In this document: one piece after another, positions 1-10,217 of the stretch
Layout: each line of letters starts with the position of its first letter
How positions within the stretch are numbered: the stretch's first letter is position 1
Assembly: GCA_022813865.1 (NCBI GenBank)
Contig: JALDZX010000056.1
Location: 62,001-126,000 of the forward strand
Direction: 5' to 3'
Length of the DNA: 64,000 nucleotides
Origin: Xylographa opegraphella
Lineage: Eukaryota
The notes under the pieces: model-generated
The model's database searches: none
Seen by the model: the letters and a program-made list of their open reading frames with translations, nothing else
Told to the model about the DNA's origin: nothing
Translations under genes and position numbers: made by a program

Positions 1-993
1 CGAACCCTATTTCCGACCGAGGCCAATCAGCAGTCGGTCCGACAGGGATCGTGACGTCTTAGTACGGCTCTAGCGCCCAAAGCGGATGGTGGTAGAAGGA
101 CGGGGCTTCTAGAAAAGACGAAGGCTGTCCAAGGGCTGCAAGGGGGCTTGGAACGCTTGAAAGGCGCCCACCCGACACCTTGTGCCCCAAGTGACAATGA
201 CCATGATAAAGAAACAGGAACTACTTCACGATCTAGCACGCGGCCAATTCAACTCCTGCTGAGTATTGTCTCACCCAGTTCTTTCTGTGGTCGCTCTGGC
301 AAGCACAAACAGACCTGAGACGAGGGCGGGTCGGAATGATTGCTTATGCAGGCTTCTAGCTCACGCCTAGCGCCATGGAGAGGATCCACCGACACTAGTC
401 AGTATCGGGTTTGCCTCCTGCTACCCTTACCATCCACGTAACATGAATAATGCCTGTTGCTGGGAAAATCCTTCGGACTCATCACCGTTGCACAATCAAT
501 CCACCCTGGAAATGAAAATCTGCAGCGCCAGCGGGGTCGACCCCATAACAAACCAGAGTGCTTCATGCGCCAGTAATGCTGGGGACGTTATCCAGTAGTC
601 GGGCCGGCTGCTAGTCCCCGTGATCCCTATTCGAGCAGCAAGCACTTTCTTCCTCTTGCCTCCTCCGTCCCTGTAAACTCTACCCGGCTCCCGGTTCCAC
701 CTGCCTGTGACAAGCGTTGCTGCCTCCTAGGTACCTTATGTATGACTAAGGTGGCTGGCGAACAATGGCAAAGAAAGAGACCGACCAGGATCAATGATCA
801 CCAACAAGCGTGAGCTAACATAGTACTCCGTACTATATGCACTACGTTGATTTCTACCTGACTCGTGTCAATGAGGTCAATGATAGAAAATAGGGTAATA
901 ATCACTATTCGGGCTAGAGCCACGTTTCCCGACCAAGCTAGAACATTTGGCGGCCTTCTGGAACGTCGATCATCCCACGCTCGCGACGCCCGA

Positions 994-1016
994 CGTGAAT
1001 CCGTGAATACGTGAAT
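994..1016. repeat. Three tandem CGTGAAT copies, 8-nt period
   Basis: cgtgaat-c-cgtgaat-a-cgtgaat read directly at 994-1016. Confidence 0.85.
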
Positions 1017-1446
1017 GTCTCCGACTCCTGCGCTTCTAGCAAGTAACGCCTACAGCCGTCCCCCTTGCGCAAGCTTACTCGTCCTAACCGAGGACTCCGT
1101 CAGCTGCAAGCCACCGGCAACCACTGGGTCGAGTCAATCCGTCCATCTCGCGGTCTTGCGCGCCCATTTCCCTATCGAGCCTCACGCTCATTGGTGGGGG
1201 CCTTCCGCTGCCCTGCATGCAGTCAGCTTCTTCATACACCACCAATCTGTGGGCAGCCAGAAGCTACCGACATGCTTACGGCCAGCGTCCAGAACCCCGA
1301 ATAGCCTACCTTACGCTCAAGTTCGTGCGCCGCGGTAAGCTCATACGTAAGGCAGCTGGCCGCCTCGGCAGTGTGAGCCCTGCTTCACTGACCGGCCGGA
1401 GAATGAGTAAAATCCGGCTGGTCTGCTCCAAAAGGTCACTGCTGCC
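1013..1446 (-). ncRNA. Putative structured non-coding RNA or structured 3' UTR element, family unassigned
   Basis: Nested complementary blocks found by eye: 1279-1286/1355-1362, 1307-1315/1346-1354, 1264-1270/1365-1371, 1190-1197/1239-1246, 1048-1058/1101-1111, 1390-1400/1413-1423. Wobble pairs are mostly G.U on the minus strand. Confidence 0.35.
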
Positions 1447-1473
1447 AAGAAGTGCCCTTCAACCCGAGTCCTG

Positions 1474-3351
1474 TCATTCATCGATCCCGTGTGATGCCGT
1501 GGTGCGCCGCTGGCATATGCGGCTTGATGAGCTGGTCTCGAGGCTAGCGGTATTCAGATCCCATCCAGATGCCTCCAACGCAACTAAGCTTTGTCCCCAC
1601 CGGATTGAAATCTGTTTTAGAGTTTCTTGCAGCCGCCGAAGCGTCTCCTCGTCCATTGATTTCGCATTTGCGCCTGCACGGTCTTCGCTCGCTTGCAGCT
1701 GAGCCATCAATAGTGCATGAGACCATGCTTTCAGTTGCGACTGTGGTGACGCTTTGCTTTTCACGACGATCAGGGCGAGGTGGCGTGATCTCTCATACCA
1801 TAACAGGTATTCCTCTTCTTGGAATATGCTCACCAGTCTCTCGAGACTAATTGATGGACTGCGAACCGAGCTCGTGACACGATGCGGTTGACCCAGAAAG
1901 CCAATCACTCCTTTCAATGACACCCCAATCACTGCTTTACCAATTATTCGAGTCCCACACCACCGCAGTACGCCGTCTCGTTCGAAGATGCGCTCTTGCA
2001 AAGACACCTCACCAGGAGTAAGCACCTTGCGTTGGTCTAGCATGGTTGAGAGCACGATGTTAGCCCGCTGTCTGTTTAGTGTATGCATGCTGACTGCTCT
2101 CACTGCAGCATGGTTCATGGCGAGGTGTATTGAAAGAAGTAAGATGAGCCACGACCACGTCGCAATTGGCGATTTGACGTAGGAGACAACAACGCTACCC
2201 GCCTGCGCATCCATAAGCAGTCAGTGATACGATGCTGGAGGATTACGGAGGTGGGTACCAGCATTCCGAGCAATGATATTATCGTTTCCTGGCTCGAATC
2301 TTTCTGGACCCAATGTTAGCGCTACGTCGAAATATCGTGTTGATGGGAACAGACCGCATTCAGTTCTCCTAGGTTGCCCCATTTGGCGAAATGGGCACTG
2401 AGGCTTGCCTTCGAGCTGCCTGCCGCAACTCCACATAGTGCTCGAAGAACACTGGACGCACTCAAAAGTATGACCCTTGGTACTTTTGGTAGTGCAGGCG
2501 AAAAACAGTCAAGGACCATAGCAATGTCGTTAAATACATCAGCGAGGAGACGGTACATCTTGCATTCGGGCTCCAAAGCAGTACCGAGCTTGTGAGCGAA
2601 GAGGATGGTGGCAATGCTCCCCATCGAGTCTTGGAGAACTGACAGTAGAAGTGCCGCTGTAGGAGAAGCATCGGCATCACCCACTCCAATTCCTAAGCCA
2701 CAGTGAGACAGAGAAGGTGATAGTAACTAATATGGTACCTTGGAGGACTGCCCTTGATGACAGTAGACCTGCTATTGAGGAGGAGAATGCTTGTAAGGAG
2801 TCCTATGAGAAATCTCGATCTCAGCATTGTAGACCCTGCCGAAAGCAGGAGCCTTGATGTTCTCACATAAATTTGATATCTACAGCATCACACAGCATGT
2901 TAGATTAGACCTCCAAAGCTATGTAGACATGGAAAGAAAATTGTAATGAGGGTCTGCCTGGACGAGGCGTGCTAAAGCTTCTGCTTTGAGCGCAACTGTG
3001 CAAGATGTTGTCCCCCCCTCAAACATACTTCACACCATGTGGAGAGACGATCTATTGTACAGGTAGACTGATAGATAATAAATGGCGAAAACATACTCCA
3101 AGTAATCCTTGGTGACACTATGCGGATATCCCGCCGGTAGAAACACATTCAGTGCTTTTTGCCAGAAATGCATTTTCGAGGTTGCATGCTAAGCACTATC
3201 TCAGTGATCGTATGCCATCACACCCTTTGTGGAACCGAACGACAATGCATACTAATATGTCAACTCTTTCTATCCCTTGGCTATCACGAGATGAGACATA
3301 AGTGGCAATTTCAGCGCCGGACTCGTCTACTTCTTGGATCTGCAGCGACAT
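1474..3351 (-). CDS. RUS1: RUS1 / DUF647 (root UVB-sensitive family) protein, 7 exons
   Basis: Spliced translation MSLQIQEVDESG...VFLPAGYPHSVTKDYLE|YQIY|DSLQAFSSSIAGLLSSRAVLQG...EPECKMYRLLADVFND...HFAKWGNLGELNA|KDSSQETIISLLGML...LNRQRANIV matches DUF647 family motifs. Includes a 13-nt micro-exon at 2867-2879. Confidence 0.9.
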
Positions 3352-5437
3352 GCTCGGCGTGTGGACGAGAAAGATAATCGTATGAAGTTATTTGGGATTG
3401 GCTGCTCGTTGTGGAAGACAATAACGCAGAGATTCCTGAGACAGTAGGTGGGAAATTGAAGAGCGATACGGCATTACAAATTCTTTGCCCACATCCCGTA
3501 GCCGTTCCGAAAGTTGGAACAGCAAAGGAGTATTGATACAAGCCGATTCGTTTGGGATGTCGTACTTATCACCACCTACGTAGGTTATAATAATCACGTC
3601 CATGATTGTTCAGGTCAATTATTCACCAACCGAAGCGGCGACGTTGCAAAATCGTTGACAATTCCAGACGTAATGGTGCAATACGTAGAAATGCCTGCAG
3701 AATATCATTGATGGAATACGTATAGTTGCCTGAAGAGTATTTTGGAGAGTGGATGGGGATTTTCGAGGCAAGAGTTTGATCTAGATAGCAAGTGCTCCAT
3801 ATACCGAAACTGAAGGTTCGCTCCACGGACAGCTGCCGCAACACTCCGCATTTCAAGGGCTATTCTAATACCCATCGTTCCTGCTTTACAGCACATCCAT
3901 ACGGCAGACAAGAACATAAAAGCGCCTATCCATCAGCCACACAATCTTCAAATGAGCACCGAAGATCAAAACCGCTGTTTTGAAGAGCAGCCCCGAGGAC
4001 ATCAATATCGTGGGCTTCAAGACTCTGAAAGTGATTCCGAGTACATTGGCCAGCAGTGTGATATAGAGTGATGCAGTGGTGCGTCGGATTGTTGATCTTC
4101 TGAAGCTCTGTAGACGACTCTACAACACCGGCTTCATTCGTTTCCTTCCCAATTTCAGCGTCGGGTCGGCATGGCTTTGGATCGAAGGAGATTTCTTCTC
4201 CTTTTTTGATATAATTGGACTTAATTTGGTGGTGTTCAACCCGAGTTAATGATCCAAAATCATCGTGTTGAGACTAGGGGATAGGAGAGGCCTTCCCCAA
4301 TGATTGACTTCGACCGTATCCGGAAATAGTCCCTGGCTCTGCGGTCAACCATCTCAAAACCATTACTCCGTCAAAGGCTGAGCAGCCACTGGAAATATCC
4401 ATATGCTTGGTGTTTTCGCGGTTCACGTTTAGTTCGTGGAGTCCTAATATTGCCTGTGGAGAAGACCACCGGAAAATACAGATTTCTCGGTCCGGGCTGG
4501 ACAATCGTAAGTGACATCCGTGTCCTGTGAATTTCTGCGACTGCTTGAGAGGAGATCGCCGTAATTGGTCGTCTTCAGTTCCATACGAGGAGCTTTTGTC
4601 TCTTTTCCGGATGCCGCCGCTTCTTGGGCTTTGCGAAGGGAATTTGGCTCTGTGTGCCAAGAGGCTTGCATTCGTCACCAGAAAACCAATTGTGAAAACT
4701 ATTCAGAAACGCTATATTGTTAACTGGTTGAACTCCTGATTACCACTCAGACGAATCCCGGTAACACCCCAGCCGTGTCAGTGTATTCCTCAATGGTACT
4801 CTTTCAAAATAGTATAACCATTCTCCTCCACGTCATGTCAGAGCAGAAGTCTGCTGATCGGATTCTGACTGCTTCATATAGCACATTGCCCGCCATCTGC
4901 GCAGGGTGCTCTTCGCCATGGAACTGATACTATCAGATGGGGCACTCAATGTTAGACTCAAGCTTCCACAGAACGCGCGAAGATTCCGAATTGAGACCGA
5001 TGACAGGCGCAAAAGGTGCAGCAGATTCATTTACACTTTGCCAATACCTGGAAGTATCCAAAGATTTTGTCAATATTTCGCGTCAGTGACAATTGGTTCT
5101 CATAGCCGTAGGTTATTGTGCTGATATTGATGGTGTATAGTTATCAGTTGCTATTGTTAGGTCAAAGTTAGGCGGTGCGGTATGTGTACGGAGTTCCTGT
5201 ACGGATATCTATTAAAGATATGCAGTGGTCTTTCTGCAGTGTCCTACTGCGATATAGAGGCATTTAGGGTACACGCCAAATCAAATCAGAGGTTTGTATT
5301 GTAATGCTGTTTCGAATTGGCTGTAAGAGAATGGCAGTGGACACATATGGGATGCACATGCGTGTTTCACTTCCAAAGTCGAATGTGGTAACGATCTCCA
5401 CGCTGTTGTCACAAACATGTGCAGGATAATTTCCAAT

Positions 5438-6363
5438 TCACCTGGATCTTGTGTCCAGTGCTAGTCTGTCTCCTACCTCCATCTCAACGATGCCTCTCAT
5501 AAGATCTCTGAAATCTGTTAACTCAGAAATCGCAATTGCCATGCTTTCTGGCTTGGTGCCATCTTGCACGCGGACCGAGGCCTGAAGTACGAAAGTACCA
5601 CCAGAATCGAGCGGTTTGAAGTTGCCCGGGGATGACAGTTTCTCCACAGGAATAGGTGCTGGCGGGAGTCCGTTGCCGCTTTCTGTTTGCAATTCAGGAG
5701 CGACAACGTAAGGCAGCTGCAGAAACAGTATTATATTGTTGTGAATTAACTGGTAGCCCTGTATCAGGTATTCGGAAACATAACTGTGGAGTATCAGTAA
5801 ATGGTCCGCTATGATAACAACAGATCTTACTTGTAGCCTAGTGAGTCCATGACATGAATTGGATCTCCACCTGTTACGGGCACACTAGCCATAAGCCGTG
5901 AGGTCACGGGTCGCCGACCAGGAACATCTGGTAGATCTCGAAACTCGATAGACCATTCGTGGTTATTGAGATCGGTCACGGACTCCGGTGAAGCTATATT
6001 CTCGGTCGTTGCAGTAACTTCGTTGGTAGTACCGCCACTGCCATTCTCTAGCAATGTTGACGCCATCACTTTACCTTCACTGTTGCCCGCGGAGACTATC
6101 TGTGAACTAGAGCTCATATTTCCCACAAGCCGAAGGTAGAAAACATCTCCATGCATCTGGGCCTGTAGAGCTTGAGTCTGTGAAACCGGAACTGAAGGTT
6201 TGACCATTGTTTTGTTACCGTTGGTGACACGACTGCGAGGCTTGAAAATCAAATGACGCTCCCTTACAACACGGGGCTGCATCGCCGCTATACCAGCAAG
6301 TATTTTGAGCATTTGATCATGCTGCGAGAAAGGCACTCGCCCAAAGAGAAGCAATTCGTGCAT
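5438..6363 (-). CDS. MED18: Mediator complex subunit Med18 (Srb5)
   Basis: MHELLLFGRVP...LKILAGIAAMQP, EFRDLPDVPGRRPVTSR and LQASVRVQDG...DRLALDTR are typical fungal Med18. One intron, 5830-5784. Confidence 0.92.
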
Positions 6364-6750
6364 TTGTAACGACAGTGTGCGCTTTACGCAAGCTTATTGA
6401 CAGATGCGAATTCTGTGCTCCATACAAATGCTTACAGATCCCGTATTAGGTGAAGCCAATTAAGTTCATCATATTGGATGATTTCTTGAATCCATGCTGC
6501 GCGTGGAGTATGGAACTCTAGAGGAGTGGCTCGGGATAAACCACTTTCGGTATAATGTGGCCCAGCATATATATGCCATTATGTAAGCCGTGGGTTCTCC
6601 TGGCATGAATCCGCCCAGAGTCGGAGCTAATCTCTCTTCATGAATTAACAAATAACGATACAGACCATTCGTGATCTCGGCAATCTTTGAGCTTGTCGCA
6701 GAGTCTAGCTATATTACACAGAAGTGTGAATAGAGGCTGGACCTGCAACA

Positions 6751-7251
6751 ATGAAAGTCACGACAGTGTTGTATGCAGCCGGACGTGTGCCATTGATTAA
6801 ATTCATTGGTAAAAGAACCCCGCCAAGTAAGCTACTATGTACATTCAAAACCAAGCAAAGAGCTTAGGTAGTCTCATAGTTCTGACTCTGTTTAGAATCC
6901 ATAGATCATACTCCGACAGCGCACCCGGCTTCACCTAGCCATAGCTTACCGGACTCTTTCGCAAATTACAGATCCAACGCGCAGCAGCATGGACCATTAG
7001 GCTCGCAAGGCTCAGCGCAGTCTTCTAAATCATCTTCGTCATCATCGTCCTCAACGCCAGGATCTATGCCTCCATCGTCTCACGCGTATGGTGCAATTGG
7101 TGGACATAGTGGCCATTCTCTGGGCAGTGTTGACGCCCCGGAAGGGATGTACTTCGACAGAAATGAGCTCCCAAAAAGGTTCCGAAGGACTTCTTGGTCG
7201 CAAGCAGAGATTGATGCGATCGAAACAGGTGGAGCTAGTGTGTGGGGGTGA
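6751..7251 (+). CDS. KGD4: Kgd4/Ymr31 (MRPS36 family) 2-oxoglutarate dehydrogenase adaptor subunit
   Basis: MKVTTVLYAAGRVPLIKFIGKRTPP|KSIDHTP...RSNAQQHGPL...ELPKRFRR...EIDAIETGGA. Intron 6827-6895. Confidence 0.9.
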
Positions 7252-7557
7252 GAACCGACCAAATGAAAAGACGTGACAGCGTTGTATGATTTGGAATGAT
7301 TATAAGCTCGATTCCGCGCCACTTCGCATGGCCAGTCTTCTAAGACGCCATGGTCTATAGAGAGGGGTTTACAGCAATCTGTAAGGGCTCTCTGTATATC
7401 TACAAGAGCAGCTATCAGAGTCGAAGTACTCTGGACTTCTTTCAAGCGTCATGGCCATGACTGTATATATTACCTTACAGAAGATCCACTTCGTAGAGAT
7501 AAGGTACCAATGATCCGTCACATAGTCCCCTTTGTGTGCCATTGATCCCCAGAAACA

Positions 7558-8043
7558 TTATGTAATGCCTGCACCATCTTTACCACTTGCGTCATTGCTT
7601 CTTTTCCCTAAGGCATATACGAAACCACCGCCCAAAAGGTTGGCAACACATAGACCCATTGTCGCACCCCGAATAATTCCTCTCGTTCCCCATTTCTGCA
7701 TCAAGGGGTGCTTTCTTCTTCTGGCGAGAATCAGGTAGAGGGCTGACCAAGCAGCACTTGTACCGGCCGCATCGATTTTGTATTCATTTATGTTGAGGTA
7801 CGTGCTGAAAAGGAGTGCTGGAGGAAAGAGCAGTGGTAGGAATTGTGGGGGGCGTGCATGTTGTGCAGCGATGAGAGTTGCCAGTAAGGCGGGAGGTACA
7901 GGAGACTCTAGCATCACAATTAGTATAGGCTTGAGAAAGCAAACACATATATAAATACCTCCCCAGACTCTTGCATAGGGAATTACCGATGCTTGGGCTT
8001 CTTTTTCGGCCTTCTTGATACCTTTGTCTGCCATCGGATTCAT
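7558..8043 (-). CDS. Small conserved fungal membrane protein, probably Aim19-like
   Basis: PPALLATLIAAQH...FPPALLFSTYLN...DAAGTSAAWSALY...RGIIRGATMGLC, with hydrophobic helices. Probable in-frame 51-nt intron 7958-7908. Family name recalled, not verified. Confidence 0.75.
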   Translation of the reverse strand: MNPMADKGIKKAEKEAQASVIPYARVWGGIYICVCFLKPILIVMLESPVPPALLATLIAAQHARPPQFLPLLFPPALLFSTYLNINEYKIDAAGTSAAWSALYLILARRRKHPLMQKWGTRGIIRGATMGLCVANLLGGGFVYALGKRSNDASGKDGAGIT

Positions 8044-8418
8044 AAAAAGCTGGCAAATAAAGGCGTTGATTGAGACACGATCACAATGCTAAGGGCGCGA
8101 GAATTTTTCACCAGATGTGTACCACTCGAAAGGGAGTGTGTGTCCCAACGAATTGGACGATGGCCTGTTCCGTACAACATCTCGTACTTAGAAAACATCG
8201 TCATTAGATCTAGCCAGATACCCCTGCCTCGGTCAACTAGGACCTAGCGCGGGCCAGAATATTTACACCACCGCGCAGACACCACGACTCTGCATTTGGT
8301 TCAGAGTATTACGAGAACTTGCGGCGATCGGCTCTGGGCACACTCGATCCTACACATACTTACTTATTAAAGCTGCGGTAGTTTTCTACAACCACTGCGG
8401 GCTATTTGGCCCCTCGCC

Positions 8419-9634
8419 ATGCCCTCAGCGACAGCGTCTGGCGCAGACGCAACAGGCAGTGCTGGAAGTCGCAACCATAATCAAGGGAATCAGGACCGGA
8501 AATATACAGTGGAACAGAAGACTGCAGTGATAAGAGTGCGAAAATGCTCGGCAACAGCTTTCTATGAGATCCTGGGTCTGGAGAAGACGGTTTCAGATGC
8601 GGAAATAAAAAAGGCCTATAGGAAACTCAGTCTCCTAACGCATCCCGACAAAAATGGTTACGAAGGGGCAGATGAAGCTTTCAAAAGTAGGTTGGTCCTG
8701 AGTGAAGTAGCGGCAGGGTGTATAGGCTTTGCAGTTCATGGCTCAAAGCTGATGACTGATGTGTGGATGCAGTGGTTTCAAGAGCTTTTCAAGTGCTATC
8801 AGACACGGATAAGAAGTCCAAGTACGATCAATTTGGGGGAGATCCAGACAATCGCTTTGGATCAGGCGCAGCTTCGGCCTCAACACCTTTCAGCGGCTTT
8901 TCACGATCTGCAAGTAGCGGTATGCGGGGACCCATGTTCGATGATGAGATATCACCGGAGGAGCTGTTCAATAGATTCTTTGGTGGTGGGCTTGGGGGAG
9001 GAGGAGGGGGGTTCGGTCCTTTCGGTAAGGAGTATTCAATCCCCTTTGCTGCTGCTGCGCTGAAAACGGGCTAGGAGGGGATATATTCGGAGGCGGTGGA
9101 TCTCCGTTCGTCTTCAATCTTGGTGGCGGTCCTAGATATCGTGTTCATCAATTTGGCGGAGGACGCCCACAGCGAAGACCTCGTGAGGCAAACGGTACCC
9201 CTGAAGAACGGCAAGCATCAGCAACGTCTATTCTCACGAATCTCTTACCTTTAATCATTCTTTTCGTTCTCCCGCTACTTTCATCACTGTTCTCCGGCGA
9301 ATCCACTCCTTCCACCCCTTCCTTTCTCTTCAACGCGAAACATCCATACACCATGCACCGCAAAACCCACAGCTACAAGGTTGATTACTTTGTAAATCCG
9401 AATGAGGTTGGAGGGGAATTTAATGGAGCAAAACTGCGTCAGCTTGAATCGAGAGTCGAAGGCCATTATGCGCAAAAGATTAGGCACGAGTGTCACGAGG
9501 AAGTTAAAACCAAGAACCAGATGTTATACGAAGCTCAAGGATGGATCTTCCGGGATGTGCCTAAGATGCAGGCAGCGCTCGATTTTCCAATGCCCAATTG
9601 TCAAAGGTGCCGACAGCTTCAAATACCTTTCTGA
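8419..9634 (+). CDS. HLJ1: ER membrane DnaJ co-chaperone (Hlj1/DNAJB12-type, J domain plus DUF1977)
   Basis: J domain FYEILGL...[19 protein letters not shown]-rich region with [13 protein letters not shown], a TM segment and a C-terminal ...PMPNC. Two introns (about 8688-8771 and 9025-9074). Confidence 0.92.
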
Positions 9635-9875
9635 TGGGGACAGGATCGGGTTGCGAGTCGGGCATTGGGAGGCGTGAGCATTGGACCGGCGTCTCGAGGG
9701 CGCTTTTTCTGACGATGTTTCTGAGGACTCCTGGTAAAGCGATGAAACGTATCGTTGTGTGATCAAAGGTAATTGTAGATCTGGAGAATCAAGTCAATAG
9801 AGATACATTGGACTCTATATAATTAGTGCTCGTCATTGTAGGGTCTGGTTTCAAACCTTTACCGAGGGCATCCCG

Positions 9876-9969
9876 TATGTGCCCTCGACCCGCAATCGTG
9901 TTAGTCTCAGTATAGTAAGGGATATGTGCCCTTGACCCGCTATTGTGGTAGTCTCAGTATGGTAAGGGA
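9876..9969. repeat. Direct tandem duplication of a 47-bp unit
   Basis: Copy 1 at 9876-9922, copy 2 at 9923-9969, 5 mismatches. An inverted repeat cgagggca/tgccctcg (9863-9870/9880-9887) overlaps the left edge. Confidence 0.9.
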
Positions 9970-10217
9970 GGGTATTGTTGATCCTCAAATCCTCGGCCAA
10001 TCAAGTTGAGTCGATAATCATCTAGTGGTCCTTGGCGTGGCGTGGAAGGCTGTCCTCGCAGGGCTGATGATTAACTCCGATGTGGACGAGAACGTGGGAG
10101 ATGCTCCGTCATTAGCTTAAATTGTTGAAGCTTGCTTCCACATACTTTTGCACCACATACTGGTCTTCTGGGGTATCTTCCACTCCCTTTAAACCTCGTA
10201 TCTGCCTGACTCTTCAG

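Noticed and set aside
455..606. Group I intron-like words on the + strand (TTGCTGGGAAAATCC, AATCTGCAGC, TAGTCGGGCC)
   Set aside because: No R element or GACTA partner for P7, imperfect P4 pairing and no rDNA context.
1076..1103. Hammerhead-like CTGACGGA-GTCCT...AGGAC-GAG on the minus strand
   Set aside because: Extra base in CUGANGA, GAGU instead of GAAA, and no stem III with a UH cleavage site.
1..1470. Telomerase RNA candidate
   Set aside because: No full TAACCCTAA-type template on either strand and no recognisable P6.1 loop or 3' processing signal.
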